Shown in pieces: positions 63,640 through 64,000 of a DNA stretch of 64,000 nt. Every line of letters starts with the position of its first letter. Position 1 is the stretch's first letter. This DNA comes from Magallana gigas (lineage: Eukaryota). The translations under genes and the position numbers were made by a program. The notes under the pieces were generated by a model. That model was given only the letters and a program-made list of their open reading frames with translations. It was not told where the DNA came from and searched no databases. The DNA lies in assembly GCF_963853765.1 (NCBI RefSeq), contig NC_088859.1:53196001-53260000 (forward strand), in the 5' to 3' direction.

Positions 63640-64000
63640 CTGACCGTGTCAACAGTGAGAAAGCATTGGCAGTGTCAGCAGTGAGAAAGCACTGACAGTG
63701 TCAGCAATGAGAAAGCACTAGCAGTGACAACAGTGAGAAAGCATTAGCAGTGTCAGCAGTGAGAAAGCACTGACAGTGTCAGCAATGAGAAAGCACTAGC
63801 AGTGACAACAGTGAGAAAGCATTGGCAGTGTCAACAGTGAGAAAGCACTGACAGTAAAGGCAGTGAGAAAGCACTGGCAGTGTCAGCAGTGAGAAATCAC
63901 TAGCAGTGAAAGCAGTAAGAAAGTACTGGCAGTGTCAGCAAGGAGAAAGCACTGACAGTGTCAACAGTGAGAAAGTACTGGCACTGAAGGCAGTGAGAAA
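63640..64000. repeat. 26-bp minisatellite in an EIF3I intron
   Basis: Unit CAGTGTCAGCAGTGAGAAAGCACTGA. Confidence 0.9.

Overview
AT-rich eukaryotic genomic DNA, most likely a bivalve of the oyster family (inferred from a HINE/Helentron-type repeat carrying 166-bp Cg170-like satellite units). I reconstructed five intron-containing genes by hand with continuous reading-frame phase: SLC4A11-like transporter (- strand, runs off the left edge), FCHO (F-BAR + mu-homology, +), ELOVL1/7-like elongase (+), NDUFB7 (-) and the 5' part of EIF3I (+, head-to-head with NDUFB7). Introns hold many MITEs and minisatellites. Standout observations: (1) a complete 411-bp TRIM retroelement with a tRNA-like Pol III promoter in both LTRs (4-bp TSD, PBS, PPT; Helenus-like), in which only the 3' LTR has a T4 run after the tRNA-like unit; (2) tandem repeats repeatedly built from, or anchored on, exon-intron junctions in SLC4A11, FCHO and ELOVL, including three identical in-frame 5' splice sites in ELOVL and a ~1.5-kb array of one SLC4A11 donor; (3) a U12-type intron in EIF3I and a GC-AG intron in ELOVL; (4) a TTAA-flanked MITE family with a tRNA-like cassette. 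Most long ORFs in the supplied track are artefacts of tandem repeats. No database searches were run; family names come from recognised motifs.
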